A DNA stretch of 64,000 nt from assembly GCF_009914755.1 (NCBI RefSeq), contig NC_060935.1. The stretch is one strand, 5' to 3'. This DNA comes from the human T2T-CHM13v2.0 reference genome, Homo sapiens. Below are positions 37,030 to 52,511 of the stretch, piece by piece; the stretch's first letter is position 1, and each line of letters starts with the position of its first letter. Made by a program: the position numbers and the translations under genes. The notes under the pieces were generated by a model. The model was not told the origin of the DNA. It worked only from the letters and a program-made list of their open reading frames with translations, and ran no database searches.

Positions 37030-38210
37030 ATTTAAGTAGAAATAAAATACATTCATTTTTAAGTATACAGTTTGAAGAGTTTTGACAGATGTATGCACAC
37101 ATGTAATCACCACTTCAATTAAGATGCAGAATTTTCCTAGCACTTTGAAAAAATTCTTTTGTGCTCATTTGCAGTTCTATCTCAGGACTCTCTCTCCCAC
37201 CCCAACAACCGCTGTCTGATTTCTATGTCTGTAGATTAGTGTCATCTATTGCGTGATTTTTATATAAATGGAATCATATGGTATGTGTATTCTTTTGTGT
37301 CACGGTGCTTTCACTTAGCAAAATGTTTTTGAAATTCATCCACATTGTTAAGTATAAAAAGCTAATTCCTTTAAAGTGCTGAGTTTCAGGGTGCCATGGC
37401 TCATGCCTGTAATCCCAGTTCTTTGTGAGTCCTAGGGGGTTGGATTGCTTGAGCCCAGAAGTTCAAGACCAGCCTGGGCAACATGGTGAAACCAAGTCTT
37501 TACAAAAAATAAAAATTTAGCTGCGCACAGTGGCATGTGCCTGTAGTCTCACCTACTTGGGAGGCCGAGCTGGGAGGAATGCTTAAGCCCAAGAGGTTGA
37601 AGCCGCAGTGATCCATGATCGTTACAGTGCTCTTCAGCCTAGGAAACAGAGTGAGACCCTGTCTCAAAAAAAAAAAAAAAAAAAAAAAAGTGCTGAGTTT
37701 CCATTGTATGAATATACACGTCTTATTTATTCATATATTAGTCAATGAGTGTTTGGGTTGTTTTAGTTTTTACTATTATACATAAAGTCATGGTGAATAC
37801 TCATGTAGGAATATTTTTGTGGGTGTCTATTTTTATTTACTTTAGGTACATGACTAAAAGTGAAATTCCTGAGTCATAAGGTCTGTGTATGTTCCACTTT
37901 TTGAGAAACAGCCAACCTGTTTTCCAATGAGGTTGCACCATTTCACAGGCCCATCGACTATATGAGAGTTCTAGTTGTTCCACATTTTCACCAACATTTG
38001 CTGTTGTCAGTTTAAAAAAATTAGATATGATAGTAGGGGTTGGATTTTCTCATTCTTAATTTAATTTGCATTTCCCTGATGACCAGTGATGTTGAACACA
38101 TTTTCATATGCTTATTAACAGTTTCTGTATCATTTTTGTGAAGTTAGTTTAAATATTTTACCCACTTAAAAATAGATAATTTTTGTTTTTTATTATTGAG
38201 TCATACAATT
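37030..38210 (-). mobile_element. Old L1 (L1MB/MC-like) 3' region, interrupted by AluJ 37388-37689
   Basis: L1 3' UTR/ORF2 motifs; Alu TSD aaagtgctgagtttc. Confidence 0.75.
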
Positions 38211-38224
38211 GCTTTATTCTAAAG

Positions 38225-38502
38225 CAGGGCATGCACCTGTAATCCTAGCATTTTGGGAGGCTTAGGTGGAGGATTGCTTGAGGCCAGGAGTTCAAGACCA
38301 TCCTGGGCAACATAGTGAGACACTGTCTCTACAAAAAATTAAAAAGTAGCTGGGCATGGTAGTGCACACCTGTCATCCTAGCTACTCAGGAGGCTGAGGC
38401 AGGAGGATTGCTTGAGCCCAGAAGTTTGAGGCTGCAGTGAGCCATGGTTGTACCACTGCACTTCAGCCTGTGCAACAGAGCGAGACCTCTCTCTAAAAAA
38501 AA
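38225..38502 (+). mobile_element. AluJ
   Basis: Dimeric Alu consensus. Confidence 0.88.
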
Positions 38503-38508
38503 GTTCTT

Positions 38509-38750
38509 GGCCTGGAGTGATGGCTCATGCCTGTAATCCCAGCACTTTGGGAGGCTGAGGCAAGTGGATCACGAGGTCAGGAGATCAAGACCATCCTGGA
38601 TAACAGAGTGAAACCCCATCTCTACTAAAAATATAAAAAATTAGCCAGGCGTGGTGGCAGGCACCTGTATTTCCAGCTATTCGGGAGGCTGACGCAGGAG
38701 AATGGCGTGAACCCGGGAGGCGGAGGTTGCAGTGAGCCGAGATTGCACTG
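38509..38750 (+). mobile_element. AluS/Y lacking its 3' end and A-tail
   Basis: Alu ends abruptly after gagattgcac. Confidence 0.88.
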
Positions 38751-38751
38751 T

Positions 38752-39864
38752 GTGATCTCGCCTGTGATGGGAGGGACTGCTTTGAAGATTTCCAAAATTC
38801 CTTGAAAGCCTTTTCTCATGGTCTTGGTTGTTAGTGCTTTGCTCTATTTGAGTCATAAAATCTCTCTAGCAAGTGGCTGCTCTATAGCCTATGTGTATTT
38901 CTGTCTTGAAAATGCTTTTTCTTTTTCTACCACATGACCAGGCTGCAGATTTTCCAATTTTTTTCCTCTGCTTCCCTTTTAATTATAAGTTCCAACTTTA
39001 AGTCATTCCTTTGCTTCCACATCTGATTGTAGGCTGTTAGAAGCAGCTACACCATATTTTGAATATGTTACTGCTTAAAGATTTCTCCACCAGATACCTT
39101 GGGTCATCATTCTTATGTTCAACCTTCCACGAATCCCTAGGACATGGACAAAATGCTGCCAAGATTTTTGCTAGGGCATAACAAGGGTGACTTTCATTCC
39201 CATTCCCAATAAATTCTTTATTTCAGTCTGAGACCTCATCAGCCTGGCCTTCACTGTCCATGTTTCTATCAGCATTTTGGTCACAACCTCTTAACAAGTC
39301 TCTAAGAAATCCTAATTTTTCCCTCATCTTCCAGTCTTCTTCAGAAACATCCAATCTCTTTCAACTTCTGCCTGTTATCCATTTCCAAAGCAGCTTCCCC
39401 ACTTTCAGGTATCTTCATAGCAAACCCCACTCCTGGTACCAATTTTCTGTATTAGTCTGTTTTACATTGTTCTAAAGGAATACCTGAAACTGAGTAATTC
39501 ATAAAGAAAAGAGGTTTATTTGGCTCACAGTTCTGAAGACTGTGCAGGAAACATGGTACCAGCATCTGCTTCTGGGGTGGGTCTCTGGAAGCTTTGACTC
39601 ATGACATAAAGCAAAAGGGGATCAGGTGTGTCACATGGTAAGAGGGGGAGCAAGAGAGAGGAAGGGGTACCATACTCTTTTAAACAATCAGCTCTCATGT
39701 GAACTGATAGAGGGAGAACTCACCCATTACCATGAGGATAGCACCAAGCCATTCATAAGGGATCCTCCCCATGACCCAAACACCTCCCACCAGGCCCCAC
39801 TTCCAACATTGGGGATCACATTTAAACATGAGATTTGGACAGGACAAACATCCAAACTATGTCA
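38752..39864 (-). mobile_element. MST (MaLR) 5' LTR (~39448-39864) plus ~700 bp of internal sequence
   Basis: Minus strand reads LTR ...gactaataca then gaaaattggtaccagg, the MaLR-int start. Confidence 0.8.
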
Positions 39865-41395
39865 AGGATTACTATCCAAAATATATAAGGACGTCCTCCA
39901 ACTCAATAGCAAAAAAACAAAAAACAACCCCACAATAATCTAATTAAAAAATGGGCAAAGGACTTGAGTAAACATTTCTTCAAAGAAGACATATGAAGGA
40001 ACAACAGATATCTGAAAAGGTGCTTAATATCACAAACCATCAGGAAAATGCAAACCAAAATTATAATGAGCTATCACTTCATATCTTTTAGGATGACTAC
40101 CATAAAAAAATAACAAATGTTGGCAAGAATGTGGAGAAGAGTAAACCTTTATGTACCATTGGTGGTAATGTAAATTGGTGCATCCACTGTAGAAAACAAT
40201 ATGGAGGTTCCTTAACAAATTAAAAAAACAATGACCTCATGATCTAGCAATTCCACTTCTGGCTATATCTCCAAATGAGTTGAAATCAGTATCTCAAAAA
40301 TATATCTGCATCCTATGTTTATTTCAGCATTATTCACAATAGCCAAGACATGAAAGCAACCTAAATGTCCATCAATGGATGAATGGATAAAGAAAATACA
40401 CACAATAGAATATTATTCAGTTTTAATGAAGAAGGAAATCCTGCCATTTGTGACAGCATAGGTGAACCTGGAGGACATAATGCTAAGTGAAATAGATCAT
40501 ATAAAGTACACATACTACATGATACCACTTATGTAATTAATCTAAAATAGTCAAACACATAAAAGCCAAAAGTGGAATAGTGTTTCCAGGGACTGGAAGG
40601 GAGAGGAGAACAGGGAGGTATTAGTGAAAATGTACAAAATTTCAGTTACACAAGATGAATAAAAAGTCCTAGAAATTGACTCTATAGTATAATGCCTATA
40701 GTTAAGAATCTTGTATTAATCCTTACCTGGCAGAGGTGATACCATGATCATGAAGGTGGTTTTCCCAGGGCGAGGCTGATCCATTCACTCTGGGTGTGCT
40801 GACTCCTGTGATTTCCCCAAATGTGGTAGACTTGACTGCATAATTTGTGGTAGTAGGGGACTGTGTTCATGCTTTCCCCTCAAGAAAACCAACCAAACAA
40901 ACAAAAAAAAGCTGTATTGTATACTTAATAATTTGCTAAAAGAGTAGATCTTATGTTAAGTGTTCTTATAATAAACAAACAAAATGATAATAATAAATAG
41001 AGAAGGTTGGAAGAAACTTTCTGAGATGATGGATAGGCCTACTGTGTGGATTGAGGTGATGATTTCGTTGGTGAATCTTTATCTCCAAACTCATCTGCAT
41101 GTTCACAAATCTCAACGAACACCAAACAATATAAACCAAAGCAAACTATACCTACACATATCATAATTAAATTACTGAAAATCAATGATAAAGGGGGGCT
41201 TTTCTTCCCTTCAGGCCCACCTTGTGGTTTTCAACTGCAAGAAGGCAAGCTAGCTGTTCAAACATGAATCTGGGCAGGAGGAGGGGAAGGGGCCTCTGTG
41301 AAGTTTTTGAATCAAGACTGTATATATTAAGATGTATACATTAATATACATAGTTTTTGTATGTCAATCATACATCAATAAAGTGGTTAAAAAGG
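39865..41395 (+). mobile_element. L1MA 3' end, interrupted by U1 retrocopy and a composite insert
   Basis: ORF2 3' motifs (aaatgggcaaaggacttga, cctaaatgtccatcaatggatgaatgg) and 3' UTR ending caataaagtggttaaaaa. Confidence 0.85.
40719..40881 (+). pseudogene. Full-length retroposed U1 snRNA pseudogene
   Basis: atccttacctggcagaggtgataccatgatcatgaaggtggttttcccagggcgagg...taatttgtggtagt...ctttcccct colinear with U1; most CpGs decayed; A-rich tail 40882-40910; sits in an L1 3' UTR. Confidence 0.95.
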
Positions 41396-41399
41396 AAGT

Positions 41400-43480
41400 T
41401 TTATATTTACAGTCATACTTACCACGTCCAGTGGCCTTTTGTGTGTGTGTATGTAGATCTGAATTTTGATTACTTTTTGGCCTCAAGAAATTCCTTTAAC
41501 ATTACTAGCAGTGAAGGTGTGATGACAAAAATTTTTCTGATTTTTTATGTAATATTTATTTTTGAAGAATGTTTTTAGAGGATATAGAATTCTAAGTTGA
41601 TAGTTTATTCTCCCTTTTCTCATCTACTCCCCAGCAGTTTAAAGATATTGTTCCATTGCCTTCTGGTTTGTGTGGTTTCTAATGAGGCATCAGCAGTATT
41701 ATATATGTCTGTGTGTACATATGTATGTGTGTATGTATATGTGTGTGAGTGTGTGTGTATATATATATATATATATAGTGTTGTGTGTGGTTGTGTTAAC
41801 CCTTAATTACTTTAATTTTTTATCATTGATTTTCAGTAATTTAATTATGACATGTGTAGGTATAGTTTTCTTTGTTTATATTGCTTGATGTTTATTGAGA
41901 TTTGTGAACATGTAAATTTATACTTTTCATCCTATTTGGAAATATTTTGTCATTATTTCTTAAAAAATTTTTAATTTAAATATTCTTCCTCACCCTCTTT
42001 TCTGGTCCCCCTACTATGCATATATTAGGTTTCGTGATTTTGTCTCAAAGGCTGATGAAGTTCTCTTTTGTTTTTAGCTTTCCCTCACTCCTTAACCTGC
42101 AGTTTGGATTGTTTTTATACCAGTCTTCACATTCTTTTACTGTAAAGTGTTTAATCAGCTATTAAACTCATCCAATGAATTCACTTCAGCTCTATATGTT
42201 TTATTTGCTTCTTTTTCATATCTTCCATTTTCTTCCTTATGTTCACATTTTTAAAAAATCTTAGGCAATATTTATCATAGCTGTTTAAATTCCTTATCTA
42301 AGAATTCTATCATATCTATTATTTCTGAGTGTATTGACTAATTTTTCTCTTCATTTTGGGTCATATTTCCTTTTTATTTTTGTTCTGGTAATTTTTAAAT
42401 GTATGCTGGGTATTATATATGTTGTCAAAGGTCAGGTGTGGTGGCTCACACCTGTAATTCCAGCACTTTGGGAGGCCAAGATTAGAGAATTGTTTGAGGC
42501 CAGGAGTTTGAGACCATCCTGTGCAACACAGTGAGACAACATCTCTCCAAAAAATAGAAAAAATTAACCAGGCATGGCAGTACATGCCTGTCATCCCAGC
42601 TACTTGGGAGGCTGAGATGGGAGGATTACTTCTGTCCAAGAGTTCTAACCTGCATTGAGCTATGATTGCACCACTGCACTCCAGCCTGGGTGACAGAGTG
42701 AGACCTTATCTCTAAAAAAAAAATGTAAAATAAATATTATTGAATGTTTGTTTTCTTCGTTTAAAGAGTGTTATAGTTTGTACTGCTAGCCTGCCAATTT
42801 ATTTATAGATTTATTTGATTATTTGAAGTCTTGTTTTTAAGCTTTGTTAAGGCATATTAGAATAAGACTTTATTTTTAGGGTTAATTTCTCCTCACTGCT
42901 AAGGTATGAAATTTCTAAGGCACTGAGTGTTCAGTGAAGTCCTTCCACTGTGATTGGCTGGATTTCAAATGTCTAACCCTCATCAAGCTCTGTAGTTGTT
43001 CAGCTTTCTCCTCTCCAGTAGTTTTTCTTTATATTGATTCTTTGCCTGGGTTTGTGAAATTTCAACACATGTATGCGTGTACAGTTTATTACTTTTAGAG
43101 ATAAACTAGAAGACATCCCTATGAAGTTTTCTGAAGCTCTTTCTCAAAGATTCCCCATTTTTGGTAGTCTGCCCTGCAGATTTCAGATGCTTCAGCTTCC
43201 TTGAATTCTCAAACCTGTCTCTTCCACATAGTGACAATGCTGTGCCCTGCTTGGGTTTGCCCTCTTTCCAAACTAGTGTCTAATAGACACTTCCAGGTAG
43301 AGAGGTTGGGTTATCTTTGAGCTCAACTAATTTGTTTTTCTTCTCTCAGGGATCACTGTCCTTGGCTTCTTCTTGTTCAATGTATGAAAACAGCTGTTTC
43401 ATATGTTTTGTCTAGTTTTTAAAAGTGTTTATAGTGTGAGGGTTAGTCCATTAGAATTACTTTGTTATACCTGGTTAGTG
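41400..43480 (-). mobile_element. Old L1M 5'/ORF1 remnant containing AluJ 42430-42723 and a (TG)/(TA) tract
   Basis: ttccattgccttctgg, ggatatagaattctaagttg and other L1M motifs. Confidence 0.65.
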
Positions 43481-43849
43481 AATTCTTCCAAAATATTAGA
43501 ATAAAAATTTGAAAGTGTAGGCCCCAAAAGATGATTTATTCAGAATTGGAGAGACTCGAGATAGTTTAAAACCAAGGAAGACAACATGAGAAGTGAGGAA
43601 GATATAGAGACGTTTCCTATAGCAGAAGTTAAAGATGAATTACATATTCTAGTTATGTGTGTAGTTATTAGTGTGAGTTTTATTGCTAGTGTTATTGATA
43701 TTATTTTGTTGTCATCTCTTGGAACACTCTCAATCAAATATTCTGTCTTTTTTTTTTTTTGTAAACGGCAACTTTCTTCTTCTGACCAAATTGGCCCTTT
43801 CTCCTCCTATTGAAGAAGGTATGGTTCTCTATCTTAAGAACTAAATGAA

Positions 43850-44180
<331 letters not shown>

Positions 44181-44920
44181 TTATTTTAAAGCAAAATTTC
44201 TTAAGTAATATGTAATTTATGTATTTCTTATATTATTTCTTTGACCATCTTTAGTTCCCTGAGATTTGGTTCCCATTTCATAATTTTACTGAATCTACAT
44301 GCCTAAGAGCATACTTAAATTTTCTTCTTGTTTTTCAAAATCAAAGGGATTTTTGTGTTCATTTCTCTAAACCTATAATAGTCCATACTGCTGACTACCC
44401 CCTCTTTGGAGCTCTCTTTTCTCTTTCTTTTATAGCATTTCACTCTATTACCTTTGTCTTCTTCTTCCTTCTCCTTATTTTTTATTCCTGGAGGTGGGGA
44501 TCTCAGTTTTTGTTAACTCATTCTTTCTTTTGTATAAGGCTAGCCAGCCCCAGTAATGACCAAAATATACTCAATTAGGTATCTTGTTTAAATGAGAATC
44601 CTGTTTAATGGGTAGAGTAAAATTATACCACCCCACTGAACTCATTTATATGTTTTGATTAGATAATCCTTTTGTCATAATATTGAGCTAACTTTCACCT
44701 ATTTTGTAATATTTGAATATTTAAATATAGTTGCTAGATCATATATCTTGATGTAGTTCAGGTCCAGGAGTTTCAACAGAAAAGAGCTTACAGCCCATTC
44801 ATAATTAGAGCGTTTATAAACATATTTGGAAATTGAGGTAGTCCCTGAATGAAGTGACTTATAGGAAAGCACTCTGGAAGCTGAGAGAAAAATCATATGT
44901 GAGAAATCTGGTAAGGTAGG

Positions 44921-45606
<686 letters not shown>

Positions 45607-45925
45607 GTAGGTGTGGTTTAGCAGCCTGGGCTTAACTTTAGAGGAGACAGAGATGTTCCAGGTCCAGTGTGAGGCTGTGCTTGTCCACTCTCCTGACCCG
45701 GGGATCTTCCTCCTATTCTCCTGTGAAGTATTTGTATGTTCTGGGACTGAAAGAAGACCATGGTAACCACTGGAAGAACTTCGTCATTAGGGAATCAAAG
45801 AGCCCTAGGAATTATTTTAGGAGTACCTTTATAGCTCATCAGGCTGACTCATCTGGACATCATGATCAGAAGCAGGACTGGCGATTATATAGCAATATCA
45901 ACATGTCCTTGTAAATGCTGGAGTA

Positions 45926-46617
45926 TGTGGTCTACGGACAAATAAAAATAAAAAGTAAAATGCTTAATTGTTAAAAATTAAGATAGAGACTTCTCCCTTC
46001 TCTCTCTTCTTAAAACATTAACTTCAGGAAATTCATAATTATAACTTTTTTCTTTCTTTGAAATGTGTATAAATCTTTTTAGAAGTGAGATAAGTTTGTT
46101 TTATTTTTTTGCCAGCTTTATGACCCAGAAATGTCTTTCTCAAGGACCTAGGAGTCGTCTCTTGGAAATGTAAACATCAAGGGAGATAGTTTCTTTATTT
46201 CCCAGTTTCTATGGGAAGGTAGAAGCCTAACTTCAGAGGTACCTTGCTTCAGGTTGTAGAACTACTTCCTGTCATAAGATAAGTCTATTTTTCCTTTGTA
46301 TAAAGCCAATTAGGTAACACGGATCATCACCCCAATTACCAGGTGAGTCTAGGATGAACTATGTGTGACAGATGGTGCTGTCAAGTCCTCTTATTCTTTA
46401 TCTGGAAAACCTGTAAGTAATGAGTTGTGTCTGCTTGACTATATAAAAGAGTAAATTTTTTTTCCTGTCTCTGCACTCTTTTAGCAGATTGCTTGTGATG
46501 CACATCACATTTTGGTTCATTGCTTATTCAATAATAAAATTGCTTTATTTCTCTACTACCATTGTGGAAATGTTTTCTGGGCTGGGAGATTTTATTTTAA
46601 ATTGTATTTCCTCAACA
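45926..46617 (+). mobile_element. ERV1 LTR (MER34-like)
   Basis: aaatgtaaacatcaagggagatag; TATA (ctatataaaag), aataataaaa, ends caaca. Confidence 0.6.
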
Positions 46618-46632
46618 GTGGGTAATGGAAGA

Positions 46633-46683
46633 TGTATTAGAGTTCTCAGAGAAACAGAACCAAATATATATATATTGGTTCTG

Positions 46684-46731
<48 letters not shown>

Positions 46732-47030
46732 TGAAGTGGCTTACATGATGATTATGGAGATCTAGAAGTCCCAGTATCTGCTGTCTACAAGCTGGAGAAC
46801 CAGAAAAGCTGGCTTTGTAATTCATTTCCACCCTGAAGGCTTGAGAAACAGGGAAGCTGATGGTGTAGGTGCCAAGAAGCAGGAGCATCAATGTCCAAGG
46901 GCAGAAGAAGGTGGATGGGTATGCCAGCTCAAGCAGCAACAAACTAACTCTTCCTCTGCCTTTTTGTTCTATGTAGGCTCTCAGCAAATTAGATGATGAT
47001 GCTCACCTGCATTTGTGAGGGTGATCTTTA
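46633..47030 (-). mobile_element. MLT2 LTR fragment with (AT)21
   Basis: tgtattagagttctcagagaaacagaacc...tggcttacatgatgattatggag. Confidence 0.8.
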
Positions 47031-47629
47031 TTAAGCAATGTTTATAGCTTATTTTTGCTTTCTAAATTGCATTTTGTTGTAATTTCCCCCCTCATTTAAA
47101 TTACATATTTATTTTTGTACCTAATATGTACTGGAATTTATTTCTATTTTCTCTAACGATGATCTCCCCAAATATATATGCTTTAGCCACCACATGTCTG
47201 GATCCACATACAAACCAAAAAGATTAAACCATAGGCTACCAGAAAAATAACTCATGTTAGATTTTCTCAGAGTGGGCAGCCATCGGTAAGTAAAAATAGG
47301 CGCTTCCTGACACTCCAAATGTGAAATGCCATCTTTTATTTTAGAACTCAGGTGCTTCATACTAACTGGTGAATTTTCTGAATTCTGAAAAAACTTATTA
47401 GGTACAGACAAGAGAAATGATATATAGAATCAGAACTGAGTTGGGAAATTTTCCAGTATCTTTTGAAAAGTCTGGTCAGATTATCACTACATTTACAGAT
47501 TTAGAGCATTATTCCAATGTGTTAATTTTCTGCAGTGCAATGTTTCAGCAGAGATTATAAATTCAGGTATAAAATTTGTGGTTGACACAAATCAGAAGGA
47601 AGTATGATTTTCTCAAAGTAATAATAATA

Positions 47630-47840
47630 AAGCAATCAACACAAATATTTGCATAGTGCTTACTGTATGCCAGATACTATTCTAAGTGCCTTAACAAATG
47701 TTAAGTCTTTGTAATTTTTATGACTACACTGTGAAGCTGTTACTATTGTTATAATTTTATAGATGAGAAAACTGAGATATAGAATAGTAAATTAACTTGA
47801 CCAAGTCATACAACTAGTAAATGACATATTTAAACCCAGA
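47630..47840 (-). mobile_element. MIR
   Basis: ttttatagatgagaaaactgag...aacttgaccaagtcatac. Confidence 0.75.
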
Positions 47841-47965
47841 AAGCAGAGTTTGGAGTTAAGCAAATAGCATTTATAGAATAGGAGGAAGTACAAAAGAAAG
47901 CACAAAGTAGTACTATGACATCAAAGGAAATGTCAGGCCCAAATGTATTCCTGGCTTTTGCATGC

Positions 47966-48330
47966 TGTATTAGTCCATTCTCACACTCTTATAAAGAAAT
48001 ACCTGAGACTGGGCAATTTATAAAGAAAAGAGATTTAATTTACTCACAGTTCCACATGACTGGGGAGGCCTCAGGAAACTTACAATCATGGTAGAAGGCG
48101 AAGGGGAAGCAGGCACCTTCTTCACAAGTCGGCAGGAGGAAGAGAGCGCATAAGGGAAACTGCCACTTTTAAACCATCAGATCTCATGAGAACTCCCTCA
48201 TTATCGTGAGAACGGCATGGGGGAAACTGCCCCCATGATCCAATCGCCTCCCATCAGGTCCCTCCCTCTACATGTGGGGATTATAATTCGAGATGAGATT
48301 TGAATGGGAACACAGAGCCAAAATGTATCA
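47966..48330 (-). mobile_element. THE1D/MSTA solo LTR
   Basis: Perfect 5-bp TSD CATGC. Confidence 0.9.
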
Positions 48331-48764
48331 CATGCTTCTTTGACTAGATAGGTTATCCTGTTCAGACACCTTTCTCCTTCTCATTCCCATGACTGAAACT
48401 GCCCTGCAGCAGAAGATACACAGCCCCTGAAATCAAGTGGTCCAATTACTAGCCTCAGTCAGTTCTAAACATTGTTTTCTGGCTTGGATCCTGAGGCCCA
48501 GTTTTTTTCTTCACTTGCCAAACTTTCACCAACCAAAATTTATAGATGTAATAACTCAGCTTCTCATAGATCCCTTCCCAGAGTTGGAGTTTGATCCAAC
48601 ACCACCCTGGTAGCTGAAGTCTTTCCTACTGGTTGATTATCTACTGGATGCTGATTGCTGATTGCCGTAGTCCTGCGTGTCACCTGCCTTGGATTCTCTA
48701 TTATGGCCTGTTCTTATCGGTTGGAGTTTTCTGTTGTTCCATCTGTCATTCTTTCAAAAGGTAA

Positions 48765-49348
48765 TGTCTTAGTCAGTTTGGGCTACTATAACAGAATACC
48801 ATAAACTGGATAGCTTATAAACTACACAATACCTTTTTCATAGTTCTGCCATCTGGGAATTCCAAGATCAAAGAGTTGGCAGAAGCAGTGTCTGGTGAGG
48901 GCTGGCTTCCTTGTTCATAGATCGCTGTCATTTCGTTATGTCCTTACGTGGTGGAAGGGGCTAGTTAGCTGAGTTCTCTCTTTTTAAAAAATACTTTTTA
49001 TTGACCAATAATAATTGTACATATTCATGGTGTACATAGTGATGTTCCAATACATATAATGTATAGTGATCAGATCAGAGTAATTAGCATATCCAGCATC
49101 TCAAGCATTTCTATCATTTCTTTGTGTTGGGAACATTCAATATCCTCCTTCTAGCTGTTTGAAACTCTATAATATATTATTGTCAACTATATTCTGAGGT
49201 CTCTTATAAGGGCACTAATTGGAATCTTGAGGATGGAAACCTGATGGCCTAATCACCTCCCAAAAACTCCACCTCCTAATACCATCATCTTGGAGGTTAA
49301 GATTTCAACATGAATTTTGACTGGACATAGGCATTTATTCCATTGCAG
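48765..49348 (-). mobile_element. MLT1A-like LTR with inserted L1 3' fragment (~48980-49190)
   Basis: tgtcttagtcagtttgggctactataacagaatacc...ccacctcctaataccatc. Confidence 0.75.
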
Positions 49349-49635
49349 CTATGTTTATTGCCAAATTGGAGTTTCTCTTAGCCTTTCTCCTGTAAATAAC
49401 CACAAACCATCTCTATATCCTTGGGCCTGGCAGAGAATGTAAATAAGGTAAATATGAGCAATCACACATATAGTAAAAAGGGAAAGTCACGTAAATCCAC
49501 ATCAGTTAGAAAAAATGTTCCCACATTTGTACAGTGCTTTTGATTCTTCACTTGCCACCTTACATAACTCTGGTTAATTTCACCACTTTGTGAGGTAAAC
49601 AAGGTCCTAAGTGAATATTTTGGTAAGACAGAAAT

Positions 49636-50874
<1,239 letters not shown>

Positions 50875-51162
50875 AAATCTACTCTAATTCTATAATATGT
50901 AAATATTAGACACAGTAATCTCTTCATTTTTTTTTGTACTGAATCAGCACTTTCTATTGTTTTGAGTTTGCTTGTACTATAAGTTAGGTATAAGTAGAGT
51001 AGTCTTGGTCAGTCTCAGTGTAAATGGTAGGAGGCTGAATCCAAGGCTATCATGGCCAAGGGAACCATTTATTACAAAATTATATCCAGGGAATGCCTTA
51101 CATGAAGTCAGATGATGAAATGTTATATGTGGTAGGAATTTAGCAATAGCAAGGTAATGACT

Positions 51163-51515
51163 TGTATTAGTCTATTTTCATGCCACTGATAAAGAGATAC
51201 CAAGACTGGGCAATTTATAAAAAAAAGAGGTTTAACTGAACTTACAGTTCCACATGGCTGGGGAAGTCTCACAATCATGGTAGAAGGCAAGGAGGAGCAT
51301 GTCACGTCTTACATGAATGGCAGCAGGCAAAGAAAGCTTGTGCAGGAAAAATCTCCTTTATAATAACCATCAGATCTCATGAGACTTATTCACTATCACG
51401 AGAGCAGCACAGGAAAGACCTGCTCCCATGCTTCAGTTAATTCCCACTGGGTCCAACCCACAACACATGCGAATTCAAGATGAGATTTGGGTGGGTTCAC
51501 AGCCAAACCATATCA
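51163..51515 (-). mobile_element. THE1B-like solo LTR
   Basis: tgtattagtc...gaaggcaaggaggagca...cagccaaaccatatca. Confidence 0.88.
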
Positions 51516-51932
51516 TCTCTTGTCCAAAATTATCCCACTTCCACCTGTGTTATGTACTTGAAAATGCACCATTCTTAAGTGATTATGTTTGGCCTTGGAT
51601 TATTCTGAGTCTTCTGTAGTTCACTTTTGAAATGCAAACATCCAAGTAGGTAGGGAAACACTTAAAGTTGTTCTGATCAAACATATTAATGAGGATATTA
51701 TCTGTTTGCTAAGAAAAATAGGCAAGTGGAATTGATGACAGTGGAGAGAAAACCAGGAACATAAAATGGACCCAAAAGTGATAGAAACATAAACTTCAAA
51801 TCGTTTTAAAAATGGGGGGAAATTTTTGAGGAACTACTCCCAGATACACTATTTTTGATGCAATATTTTATTAGATATGTAAGTAAACTGGGATTTGGCT
51901 CTTGCTTGCTAGAGAATCAAGATGTAAGCAGG

Positions 51933-52511
51933 TGTAGGGAAGTTCAAACTTTTCCTCTGAAGTTTTGATAATTTGAGTATGTAAAACAAATAGGCAGATC
52001 AACAAGAGAAAAAGCAGGTATGCATTGGAGCCACACGAAACATGAGACTCAAAAAAGGGCCAGATGTCAGAAGTTTTTATACCATACAGAAAGGAATAAA
52101 GGTTTGAAGCTCCTGGTGGGAGGTTGTGACAGACTATATGAGGGCCCGGGGAGGAAATGCATGGTGAGCAAAGGCTATCTTGTTATGCAGATGAATCCTC
52201 ACAGGTAACTGCTCTCAGAAAGATTAGCTGGTAGCCTGTGGTGAAAGTTTCTCTGTCAGACTTTTGAAAGTATCAGATCTCAGTCTCCTTTTCCTATGAG
52301 CTAATCTTTTCTAGATCAGGATAAGGCAGATAATGGAGTCTCAGAGAAAGCTCATTTGCATCTGTTGTTTTCGTCACTAATGTAGCTTTTCTCTACAGAT
52401 GCAAATCTTCCCCAGGAAAGCACAGCTGTTTGGAGCTATTTGTATGTCTGCAGCTTCTCTGAATAGGCCAAAGAAGCATATTTTGGGTGGCATATTTTGG
52501 TTTTCCATACA
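51933..52511 (-). mobile_element. ERV1 LTR (MER34/39-group)
   Basis: tgtagggaag...gccaaagaagcatattttgggtggcatattttgg...taca. Confidence 0.6.

Noticed and set aside
43540-43813. Hydrophobic ORFs that might be an OR pseudogene fragment
   Set aside because: No OR motifs (DRY, PMY, STC, NPxIY) seen; hydrophobicity explained by T-rich composition
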